Positions 10,213-19,302 of a DNA stretch of 32,000 bases are shown in pieces. Origin of the DNA: Desulfotalea psychrophila LSv54 (GTDB taxonomy: Bacteria; Desulfobacterota; Desulfobulbia; Desulfobulbales; Desulfocapsaceae); the NCBI RefSeq assembly GCF_000025945.1, contig NC_006138.1, forward strand, positions 2,910,001 through 2,942,000, in the 5' to 3' direction. The notes under the pieces are model-generated. The model had not been told where the DNA came from. It was given only the letters and a program-made list of their open reading frames with translations, and made no database searches. The stretch's first letter is position 1; each line of letters starts with the position of its first letter. The translations under genes were made by a program, and so were the position numbers.

Positions 10213-11634
10213 ACATATGCATTAATTGACAATTCTACATTAACGGCAGTTCAACGCATTTCAGGTGATGTGCTAACAAAATCTAAGGATTCTGTAGATA
10301 CAGATATCGTAGCTCTAGAAAATTACTTACAAGCCATTTTATTCTATGACCGAATAGTAGCTGTAGATGACTATATACCTGCTCATAGAGATTCAAGAAT
10401 ATCTGCATTCCCTAACATAGAGTTTTTGGACAAAGATACCTATAACCTAGCTGAAATTGAGGTGCAAGCAAAAGACAAAGCTGATTCTTTACAGCCTAAA
10501 ATTAAAGGTGGTGAGTTTGTAAATGAGGACTTTAAAAAGCTTATTGAGTTACTGCAAACTCATATTATTTGCACATGGGATATAAATTCAAGTGTGTATC
10601 ATCTTAATTTAAAAAGTTTGTCTGATGATCCTAGCGAGTTTAATAAGTATGGAAATATTGCCGCTGCAATTTTTTCTGAGCTTAATGATGCATCGGAATT
10701 AGGGCAAAAAACAAATGGAAATGTTCAATTAGTTGACCGATTTGGTCGTCCTATTGGGACAAATTATAAAGTTCCTGGAGCAAAATGGGGCGATAAATCG
10801 GGAGCATCTAGTGGTGAAGCCTCAGAAGCTATTAAAGCATTTGTTGCTGCGCTTGTTTGGCTAGCTAATCGCTCAATATTTTATTCCTTATCTGCAAAAT
10901 ATCTTAAAGCAGATACATTTTTATACCCTATTCGACAAGCGTATCAGCAAACGTATATGAGCCAAACATGCAATTATGGTTTTGACTATGTCAAGAACAT
11001 TGTTGATCATTTTTCATCAACTGCTTCAGAGGATTTAATTAATATTCATAAAGCAGGATTGGTTGGTGCAACATCTACTTCGTTACCTATGTTTTCTGCT
11101 TGGTTAGCCAAAGAAACTGGAGACCCATCAAAGATAATCGAGTCAGCTTATAATATTAGAGATAACCCTGAATTTGTTGAGTCTCGCGAACAGTTACGAG
11201 AAATCAGAAGGTTATTTGATGAGTCTGAAATAGCTATTGCAAATAAAGCTGTATTAAAAATCGTCACTGATTTCAATAAATCATCAACTAATCTACGGGT
11301 TAAATACGGGTTGAAAACTAGGCAAGGTGTCCCTGTTACAAAATTAGTTCATGTTTACAACACTTATGCTGCGGTAAATGGTTTACCCAAAGCTCCTGCG
11401 TATAATTTTAAAATTAAATTGCCAGATTTTTTATATAATTTAAAAAAACCTCGCGGATTCAATGCGGTCTACAGGAATCTAACTAATGACCTCTCAACGG
11501 TATGGTCACTTGGAGATGCTAGAGATATCTTAGGTAGTAAAGTTGTTCAAGAAAAAGGCGCAAGAGTATATAGTCCCAAACAAGAGCAACCGAGATTCAG
11601 TAAGGCTCATTCACAGTTTAAGAGTCCAATGTAA
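10213..11634 (+). CDS. Uncharacterised 473-aa protein
   Basis: Long uninterrupted ORF; TTG start at 10213 preceded by AGAGAGGAG Shine-Dalgarno-like sequence, giving MTYALIDNSTLTAVQRISG...; track ORF begins at an upstream in-frame TTG (10147). No family recognised. Confidence 0.7.
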   Translation, partial: TYALIDNSTLTAVQRISGDVLTKSKDSVDTDIVALENYLQAILFYDRIVAVDDYIPAHRDSRISAFPNIEFLDKDTYNLAEIEVQAKDKADSLQPKIKGGEFVNEDFKKLIELLQTHIICTWDINSSVYHLNLKSLSDDPSEFNKYGNIAAAIFSELNDASELGQKTNGNVQLVDRFGRPIGTNYKVPGAKWGDKSGASSGEASEAIKAFVAALVWLANRSIFYSLSAKYLKADTFLYPIRQAYQQTYMSQTCNYGFDYVKNIVDHFSSTASEDLINIHKAGLVGATSTSLPMFSAWLAKETGDPSKIIESAYNIRDNPEFVESREQLREIRRLFDESEIAIANKAVLKIVTDFNKSSTNLRVKYGLKTRQGVPVTKLVHVYNTYAAVNGLPKAPAYNFKIKLPDFLYNLKKPRGFNAVYRNLTNDLSTVWSLGDARDILGSKVVQEKGARVYSPKQEQPRFSKAHSQFKSPM

Positions 11635-12375
11635 TTCTTTCTAACAAGTCATTCAAAAGAACTAAAAACAGCGTCCGATATCGCTTCGATCGTATTTTAG
11701 TCCTCTATTTTTAGCCTCTTAATGAGGCATTGCTGGATGAGTACAATAAGGGCAACAGACTAAAATTTGAAAAATGAGTGCACAAGAGCTGTTTTTCGAT
11801 CCTGCGCTTCAAAAAAATTATCTGTTTGGTGAAAAACAAAAGAGGTAGTGGCAGATGCAATGATCGATCTCTTCTGAAATATTCTTTCAGCTCTCAGGGT
11901 AACTCGTGATAATAACAGGAGAGATACCTCTTTGCTGACTCGAAGAGAGAGGGCAGAGGGGAAGGTCTTCGACTGAAGAGAAGAGATGCAGGAGAGCGAA
12001 GCCCCCAATTTTATTAAATGGCACCGATGTTTGCTTGGGCGATCCCCATTGGCACGGAGCTGAGCATCGTCATTTCAACATTTTGCATACGACCGTATGA
12101 GGATGGAGGTGGCCCCTCCCCCCTCTCAGTTGCCCGAACGGAGTGAGGAGCGTGGGCAGATGCCAGCGGCGTCCAGGAGCCCGTTCGCAACCTTAGCGAA
12201 AGCTGAAACGAGAGTGAGGATTGGCAACTAGGCCGGAGCGGCATGGGGTGCAAAGGGGGGAACGCTTCCCCCTTTGGCCAGTATGGCTGGCAAGCCACGA
12301 TCCGGTGACCACCATCGAACCTGGGAAACTCGATCGAGGGTCGTGATGCCTGATTCACCGTTTGCCCGTAGATAG

Positions 12376-12543
12376 GCCATCTTCTCAAGTATTTGGCCTG
12401 TCTACATATGTATATTGTCTCTTTCTTCGGTGTTTCAGCCTTTATACATTTGTATATTGTCTCTTTCTTCGGTGTTTCAGGCTTTATACATCTGTATATT
12501 GCCCGTCCCCTCAATGTTTTGGCCTTTACCCATACATATATTG
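12376..12543. repeat. Four tandem 42-bp units (two central copies nearly identical, outer copies diverged)
   Basis: Minus-strand units: CAATATATGTATGGGTAAAGGCCAAAACATTGAGGGGACGGG / CAATATACAGATGTATAAAGCCTGAAACACCGAAGAAAGAGA / CAATATACAAATGTATAAAGGCTGAAACACCGAAGAAAGAGA / CAATATACATATGTAGACAGGCCAAATACTTGAGAAGATGGC. Confidence 0.9.
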
Positions 12544-12772
12544 CTCGCTTACTCGATTTTCCCTACTCTCTTTCGGCCACAACAGGCATCTTTGCTCCAA
12601 CCTTACTTCCAGTGCTTTGTAGCGCTTTAGATATCGTAAATATTGTTGAGCCATTTTGGTGCGCGGCAAGAGACGAATGCTAGCAGCGCTATGTGACCGA
12701 ATGAGAAACGAAGTCAGCGCGAGAAAAGGGCAAACAATATACGGTGGATAAAGTTTTACAGAGCACTAATAG

Positions 12773-13081
12773 TTACTCAGATCTGTGCCAGTAATTAAAG
12801 GTTGCGTCGATTCCTTCTGCTTGAGCTTTACGATAACTCGACGCTGCCTCTGCATCCAATCCATCTACCTGCTCTGGAGTTGCTAGAAAAGATTCCTTCT
12901 CCTCTTTCACCTCCCAAAGATTGGCCTTAAAAAAACGTAATACAGCAACTCTCGCCTCTTCCATGTCGGTTGATAACACCCAGACACGAACAATTGCCCT
13001 GGAAGCATGGGCCCCCACCAGATTTCCAAACTGTGGTTCCACCTCAAAAAGAAAAAAATATGAATTCATACGAAACCTCAA
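12773..13081 (-). CDS. Small hypothetical protein (102 aa)
   Basis: Ordinary amino-acid composition with charged/hydrophobic alternation (ASRAIVRVWVLSTDMEEARVAVLRFFKANLWEVKEEKESFL); no family recognised. Confidence 0.5.
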   Translation of the reverse strand: MRFRMNSYFFLFEVEPQFGNLVGAHASRAIVRVWVLSTDMEEARVAVLRFFKANLWEVKEEKESFLATPEQVDGLDAEAASSYRKAQAEGIDATFNYWHRSE

Positions 13082-13326
13082 ATATAATTTTCGCCCTCTG
13101 TATACAACAGGGCATTGTGATTAATGTGACATGCATCTTATCAAGGACATTGCTGAAGTATTACAATAAGGGCCTGTCAGAAAATAACATGAACATCTTG
13201 CATCTCAGCTTCGGGCCATCTTATTTTGGAACAGACCCCAGGTACAACAAACTAAAGTTTGAAAAATGGATGAGCGGGAACTGTTTTCCGTTCCGACACT
13301 TCAAGCAAAGGTCTGTTCAATGAAAA

Positions 13327-13533
13327 ACAATGCCGCTCTCACCCAAGAACTATGGCACCTATCTGGTTAGCGTAAAGCAGGTTTGACAATCCACGAAATT
13401 GCTAAGAAAGTGGTCGGCCGCGACAGCACTGTCAGTAGGGAACTATCCAGGAATAAGAAAGGTACTGCTTATTCTCCAGAAAAAGTACAAGAACTTTTTC
13501 ATAGGAGAAAAAAAATGCTTTCACAGCCTGTAA
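13327..13533 (+). pseudogene. IS30-family transposase N-terminal HTH remnant
   Basis: Conceptual translation NNAALTQELWHLSG*RKAGLTIHEIAKKVVGRDSTVSRELSRNKKGTAYSPEKVQELFHRRKK resembles IS30 'LTQEQRYQI..LKKAGLTQ.EIA..LGRHRSTISREL.RN....Y.P..AQ' with an internal stop and truncation. Confidence 0.65.
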
Positions 13534-13650
13534 ACGCTCTGTTATCTTAGACAAAACCAGCAAAGAGGGTCTGATTTCAGGTTGATCACCAGGGACTATC
13601 AACTGACAAATGACACGAGAAAAGAGTAGGGGAGACAGCCACACCACTCT

Positions 13651-14868
13651 CTACCTAAAATTATTGGCCAAAAGAAATGCGCCGAAACAGAGTGCTACCA
13701 CAGCAAAACCACCGGCGCCCCAAGTCCAGGCCAAAAGAGATTTTTTAGCAACAGCCCTAACCGATGTGACAGTCTCTGCCTCAACAGCACCCATAATCTT
13801 TGTGCTGGTTTTGCTGACTTGCTCAGCAGAATTCTGGTAGCAGCATTCGGCTTTACCAAAGCTGATCAGATCACCATCTTTAAGTTCCTGACTTTCTACG
13901 GGCTTTCCATTTATGATTGTGCCATTCTGGGAACCAGAGTCTTCCACCTTCCAGCCGCCACCCACGACAAGCAATCGAGCGTGTCTGGAGGAAACGGTGG
14001 CCTCGTTGAGAACAATGTCATTTTCCTCAGTGCGCCCCACTGTCAGGACCGCCCCCTTCAGATTGAAGATCTGTCCACTAAACACCCCTCTGCCCACCAG
14101 ACGATTTCCAGCAGCATTTGCCCCTAACTGAGTTCCAGCAACCGCTTTATTGACTTGTTTTTTTCCAAGTCCCACTGCAGATCGAACCATGGTCCTGGAA
14201 ATATCTGCAACAGGCCCCTGAACCTTGAATACGACCTCATCAATCCGGAATTCATCACCGCTTCTCAGCTCGGCAAAAGTAATTTTTTTACCAGCGACAA
14301 AGGTACCATTGGTTGACGAAAGGTCGCGTATCTGCAGACACCCTGCCTTCTCCTCCAATTCCGCATGTTTTCCAGATATGCAGGAAGAGTCTATAACAAT
14401 ATCGCAGCCCGGACCTCGCCCCATTACCATTTTTCCGACCAGTGGGAAAACTTTTCCCCTGACCGGATCGTTTGCCCCCAACAGGGACCAGTCGCCAATG
14501 ACCGGTCGAACCGTGGTAGCCTGGAGGCCGCGCTTAAGATCGGCATCGCCTATTACAGCCATCACAGTAGTGGGATGCCGTTGACCAGGGTCTACAACCT
14601 CTGCATCTACCGAGCCGAAACGAATGGTATCCCAAGCTCTAATCTCCTGACGACCAACAATTTTCTTACCCCCAACAAAGCTGCCGTTGGCAGAGCCAAG
14701 ATCTACCAGATAACTACGAGTCTCCTCAGTCTGGATCTCTGCATGAAAAGCAGAGATATCAGTATCAGCAAGTACCAGATCATTACTCTTATCCCGGCCG
14801 ATGGCCAAGCGAGTGGTGTTTAATTCCACAGTTGGCATTTGTGGATCAGTAAATTTCAGTTTGAGCAT
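13651..14868 (-). CDS. Multi-FHA-domain protein with C-terminal transmembrane helix
   Basis: Three FHA domains (AIGRDKSNDLVLADTDISAFHAEI; VMGRGPGCDIVIDSSCISGKHAEL; TVGRTEENDIVLNEATVSSRHARL) and a C-terminal TM helix. Confidence 0.92.
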   Translation of the reverse strand: MLKLKFTDPQMPTVELNTTRLAIGRDKSNDLVLADTDISAFHAEIQTEETRSYLVDLGSANGSFVGGKKIVGRQEIRAWDTIRFGSVDAEVVDPGQRHPTTVMAVIGDADLKRGLQATTVRPVIGDWSLLGANDPVRGKVFPLVGKMVMGRGPGCDIVIDSSCISGKHAELEEKAGCLQIRDLSSTNGTFVAGKKITFAELRSGDEFRIDEVVFKVQGPVADISRTMVRSAVGLGKKQVNKAVAGTQLGANAAGNRLVGRGVFSGQIFNLKGAVLTVGRTEENDIVLNEATVSSRHARLLVVGGGWKVEDSGSQNGTIINGKPVESQELKDGDLISFGKAECCYQNSAEQVSKTSTKIMGAVEAETVTSVRAVAKKSLLAWTWGAGGFAVVALCFGAFLLANNFR

Positions 14869-15082
14869 GCCCTCTCCTTCAGTCGTGCAGTTTACACCGC
14901 AGACCCCTTTCGTTGCTTACCTCACCCTCACGGGGAGTTATTAAATCCATCCCGTTTATCGGAGCTATGTCTTTATATCTTTTTGAGTCATAGCCATATG
15001 ACTAAGGCTCTATTGCTACATAAGAGCAAAAAGCACAGGCATTCGACTCTCTTGCAGCAAGGACCGGAAGCCCACCTATCTG

Positions 15083-15552
15083 TTACCCCAGCCTGGCTCG
15101 AGATAATTCCGGTGAGCTGACCACTCGGCGCCCTGAGCCAACGGCCGCCTCAATGGCTAAGCGATAGTTCTGAGCCGAGCTAGCCTGCAAGCGTTTGCTG
15201 AAATCCTGCGCATCATGCCAGGAAACATTTTCCAGCGGATACCTGCTACCTTGAGCAAGACCAGAGGGGTTGACACCCATTACCTTCTGATACCCCCCTA
15301 GCTCACCTCATATTTGCCCATAGAGTAGACATCCAGCCAGACCTCATGCACCGGTTTTTTCCATTGCGTTTTACTCTGATATGATTTTCCACTTACTTCA
15401 AGATGGTAACGACCAGGTTGCAAATAGATGCCCGGCTGATAGCGAGAGCTTATCTTCAGAATCTTTCCCATGGCATGAGCAGCAGAAGAGGTAATGGATA
15501 TTTGACCCATGGATGCTTTTTCTTCTATTCCGCTTCTTCTGGCAGTATCCAC
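15083..15552 (-). pseudogene. Decayed FGE/sulfatase-modifying (SUMF1-like) domain and linker, originally associated with the upstream kinase
   Basis: Fragments in two frames: YQPGIYLQPGRYHLEVSGKSYQSKTQWKKPVHEVWLDVYSMGKYEVS* and MGVNPSGLAQGSRYPLENVSWHDAQDFSKRLQASSAQNYRLAIEAAVGSG, matching the order of an FGE-sulfatase domain. Confidence 0.75.
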
Positions 15553-17075
15553 GCGCCTTTAAGCTGGACGAGATTACCACCCGAAAGCTGCAGATCAAGT
15601 TTTACAGTTTTTCCATGCTGAATAGAAACCTCCTGTTTCAAGTCATAGAATCGATCTTTATGGACAGTAACAAGCGTTCGACCTGCAAAAATCTTTTCAA
15701 CCGTTACCGGAGTTTGCTCACGCTGCAACTTACCGTCGATAAAGACATCTGCCCCCGGTGGCTCACTTAAAACCGTAATCGTCCCCCGACCCTGCTCCAG
15801 AACATAATCGCGTTTGACAACCTGATCATCTACCAAGGTGACCTCTGCCAAGGCATCTACATAATATTCTTTCTCTACCCGCAGGGTGTGGGTGCCAGCG
15901 GGAAGGTTTGTAGCTGTTAAAGGCGTTTTGCCAAGGTTACGTTTATCAAAATAGACGATTGCCCCTTCAGGTCGACTACTGACGACGAGTATAGAGGTGG
16001 ACAACAGAGATACAGCTTCAACCTTTGCCACTTTCGCTGACCGGGCAGGCTGCGCTGGAAAAGAAACGAAGATACTATTTTCTCCACTCCCTCCGCCGCC
16101 AATTGCCATACTGATTGAACCCACTTGCAGAAGAACAAGGTAGGCGATAAGACCGAAAAGAAGCGCCAGAGCCCCACCGCCCAGAGCCCATTTAAGGCCT
16201 GCCTTCGATGAAGGGGCAGGAACCACTTTCATTACTTTAGTTGCATGGCTTGGCCTGGAGAGTCTGCGACCCGACTGAACATCCTCAATAGCACGCACCA
16301 TGGTTGCTGCATCTACATACCTGTCAGCAGAGGATTTTGCCAGCAGATGATCGACTATGGGCTGATATTTTCTGAATTGAGATGGCAGTTCGGGGACGGG
16401 ATCATTCACATGGGAATAGGCAATGGCAATGGTATCTTCGGAATCATAGGGAACACTACCGACAAGCATCTCATAGAAAAGAATGCCAAGGCTATAGAGA
16501 TCCGAGCGATAGCCAACTCCTATGCCACGAGCCTGCTCCGGACTCATATAGTGCGGAGTGCCGATGGACATCCCGGTTTTCGTCATTTGGGTGGCAGTGC
16601 CAACAGCCTTGGCTATCCCAAAATCAGTGAGTACTGCAGTGCCATCCTCACGAAAGAGGACATTTTCAGGTTTGATATCACGATGAACAAATTCTTTTGC
16701 GTGTGCGTGGCTTAATGCCTTGCCAAGCTCCAGCAAGATATTAACAGCAGCTTCCGGCGACAGACCCTGCTTGATCTTCTCTTTTAAGTCACCACCGGTT
16801 ATGAGATCCATCGTATAGAAATGGTAGCCATCTACATGCGTCACATCATACAGGGTAACAATATTTTGGTGCATCAACGCCGCTGCAGCACACACCTCCT
16901 TATCAAAACGAGTTACTCGCTCTGCATCTCTGGCAAATTCAGGTGGTAGCAGCTTAAGCGCTACCTGCCTACCCAGTTCTGTATCCTCGGCCTTATAGAC
17001 ATCAGCCATCCCGCCAACACCAATTTTTTCGATGATGCAATATTTACCGAGTAACGTTCCCTGTTCAATTTCCAT
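15525..17075 (-). CDS. Hanks-type serine/threonine protein kinase with TM helix and two PEGA domains (probably C-terminally truncated)
   Basis: IGVGGMADVYKAE glycine loop, VALKLL, HRDIKPENVLF, DFGIAKA, GTPHYMSPEQ; TM; PEGA repeats SSRPEGAIVYFDKRNLGKTPLT and SEPPGADVFIDGKLQREQTPVT. Confidence 0.93.
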   Translation of the reverse strand: MEIEQGTLLGKYCIIEKIGVGGMADVYKAEDTELGRQVALKLLPPEFARDAERVTRFDKEVCAAAALMHQNIVTLYDVTHVDGYHFYTMDLITGGDLKEKIKQGLSPEAAVNILLELGKALSHAHAKEFVHRDIKPENVLFREDGTAVLTDFGIAKAVGTATQMTKTGMSIGTPHYMSPEQARGIGVGYRSDLYSLGILFYEMLVGSVPYDSEDTIAIAYSHVNDPVPELPSQFRKYQPIVDHLLAKSSADRYVDAATMVRAIEDVQSGRRLSRPSHATKVMKVVPAPSSKAGLKWALGGGALALLFGLIAYLVLLQVGSISMAIGGGGSGENSIFVSFPAQPARSAKVAKVEAVSLLSTSILVVSSRPEGAIVYFDKRNLGKTPLTATNLPAGTHTLRVEKEYYVDALAEVTLVDDQVVKRDYVLEQGRGTITVLSEPPGADVFIDGKLQREQTPVTVEKIFAGRTLVTVHKDRFYDLKQEVSIQHGKTVKLDLQLSGGNLVQLKGAWILPEEAE

Positions 17076-18312
17076 TCACTTTTCCTTGCTCAATAAGTGG
17101 GTCAACGCCTTTCGCTTCCGGACCGATTAATACAGGGGCTGACACAACGTATCCATTAACAGCCTTTACAGATGTGACTGCTTTCACCTTTTCAATAGCT
17201 GGCGCAGGGTTAACTATCTCTGCTTCAGATCCAGAAAAATCATCAACTGATTCATCAGAACCTCTCTCGTCAGGGATAAGATCTACAGTAATCTCCTGCT
17301 CCAATTCCCCTAATCCAACCCGGGATATTTCACGTGATTCCAAATCGCTACCATTTTCAGCACTGGTTTCTGGCAATAAGTCCTGAAGATCGGCCCTATC
17401 AATCTCCGACACTGTTTTTTGCATATGGATCGGTGCCGGGCTAAACGAACCCTGCCCTAGACAAAAGCAAAGGACAACCGGAATGGCTGCCAAGAGAAAA
17501 CCTGCCAGGGCATAGAACGGAGCACGATTTTTCTTTCGAGTTTTCTTTATGCGATTAACATCGACAGCATTCATCGGCCGTGTGGCACCTCGCCCCCCCC
17601 GGACAGGTGCGTCCTCAGGTGCATCTACCATTATGATGGTGATGTTATCACTCCCACCCCTATCATTTGCAGCCTGAACCAACTGTTGCAGTATGGTTTC
17701 AGGTGATTGATTCAAGCTTAGAATTGAAGCAATTTCAGCATCTGACAGCTCTGACGTTAGGCCATCACTGCAAAGAAGTAGCCTGTCACCTTTGCCCAGT
17801 CGGCCTTTGACAGAGTCAGGCTTTACCTCTTTCATCTCAGCACCCAAGGCCTGTGATATCGCGTTGCGTTGGGGGTGAGCCACCGCCTCTTCCGTGGTTA
17901 TGGCACCGGCATCAACAAGTTGCTGCACATAAGAGTGATCTCTCGTCAGCTGAATAAGCGAATGATTGTCATAAAGATATGCTCTGCTATCTCCAACCCA
18001 GGCTATTTCATAGTTGCTGCCTATTAGCTTAAGTGAAACAGCAGTAGAGCCCATTCCCGCAGAACCTTGCCCTTGTTCAACCGCCCTGTGTATACAATGA
18101 TGTGTCTCTGCCAGAACCTCTGAAAGAGCCATACCTTCAGCAGACAAACGGCTAAATGCTTCGACAACAATAGCACTTGCAACCTCACCCGCCTCATAGC
18201 CACCCATACCATCTGCAATTACCCAGACGCCACGATCTGCATCAGACATGAGACTGTCTTCATTATGATCGCGAACCCGACCAATATCAGTAATTTGACA
18301 AAACTGAATCAT
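17065..18312 (-). CDS. PP2C-family protein phosphatase with C-terminal TM/extracytoplasmic tail
   Basis: GRVRDHNEDSL, VIADGMGGYEAGEVAS, AWVGDSRAYL, LLLCSDGLTSEL, GGSDNITIIMV; TM AFYALAGFLLAAIPVVLCF; overlaps kinase start. Confidence 0.93.
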   Translation of the reverse strand: MIQFCQITDIGRVRDHNEDSLMSDADRGVWVIADGMGGYEAGEVASAIVVEAFSRLSAEGMALSEVLAETHHCIHRAVEQGQGSAGMGSTAVSLKLIGSNYEIAWVGDSRAYLYDNHSLIQLTRDHSYVQQLVDAGAITTEEAVAHPQRNAISQALGAEMKEVKPDSVKGRLGKGDRLLLCSDGLTSELSDAEIASILSLNQSPETILQQLVQAANDRGGSDNITIIMVDAPEDAPVRGGRGATRPMNAVDVNRIKKTRKKNRAPFYALAGFLLAAIPVVLCFCLGQGSFSPAPIHMQKTVSEIDRADLQDLLPETSAENGSDLESREISRVGLGELEQEITVDLIPDERGSDESVDDFSGSEAEIVNPAPAIEKVKAVTSVKAVNGYVVSAPVLIGPEAKGVDPLIEQGKVNGN

Positions 18313-19302
18313 TATTATTCCTCTGTAGCCCCTGTTTTCAAATTACAAACACTTTCGTAGCAAATATGCTTTTAAATGTGAAGGAACACTTTAAAAGCAA
18401 TATTTTATCTTTCATTTCTTAGCATCCGCACTTTAGTCTGACTCAGACGAGCTACTCCGTTTTGCTGCAAACATACGGCAACAAACTGCCTTCCAACAAC
18501 CAAGATGCCATTCTTCCTTTTCCAATCAAATAAAAGTAGTCATGTCATTTATGATGATGCTTCTTCTTTGTGACATAATCACAAGCATTCTCTATCTATC
18601 TCATAAACAAAGATTCTGGACTATTGAGCCCATAGGTGCAATATAGCGATGTTGCAAAGAGAAGTTTTCCGACAACAACGCTTGAGCTGCCTGATCTTGA
18701 AAAATTCATGTCAACGGATCCCCATAAAATAACTCAACATTTTCCATCTAAATAATATGACAAAGCACACACATAGTAATATATGACTATATGTGTCAAG
18801 ATAATTTCACCTCATCATCTAACCACTAGGAATATTGAATAATATTATGGCAGACACTATTTAAAATGGATTCTACATTTTGGGATCGGCCAACCATATC
18901 CTGCATGAGAACTCACCTATGCCAGACATTTCCCGACAAAGAGAGAGCAGAACAACAGGTAACTCTAGCGGTGATTCCACCCCACCTTTATGGAGTTATA
19001 TCTTTATGAAAACCCTTCAATTTTCTAATCCTCAAAAGAGTCCTCACTGCTTTAGCGCCAAAAATAATTACAAAAAAGCCAAGATGCAGCGACAGCCAAG
19101 TTTTTGAAGTATTAGAAAAAGCGGCGTAACTGTCACCCACGCATGAACGGGCCATTAACGCAGATATTTTTTACAATTTACGCTCGAAATATAGTGAAAA
19201 GAATGCTTTTTTGCAGCGCAGAAAAAGAGCGGGAGGAAAAAATTTTCGGAGGAAGAAGATATATACAGAAGATCGGATTAAGCCTGAGACTACCTAATGA
19301 CA

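Noticed and set aside
12014-12514. 166-aa minus-strand ORF as a genuine gene
   Set aside because: It consists largely of the tandem repeat plus GC-rich plasmid-like sequence, Pro/Ser/Arg-rich with no credible domain. Treated as probably non-coding.
12376-12543. Possible CRISPR array from regularly spaced repeats
   Set aside because: Units are contiguous 42-bp tandem copies without unique spacers, and no cas genes are present.
12393-12683. 96-aa plus-strand ORF (MACLHMYIVSFFGVSAFIHLYIVSFFGVSGFIHLY...)
   Set aside because: The repetition is just the translated 42-bp tandem repeat in another frame; overlapping ORFs appear on several frames.
13651-18312. Type VI secretion system locus
   Set aside because: The kinase/PP2C/FHA trio is suggestive, but no tss genes occur in the window.
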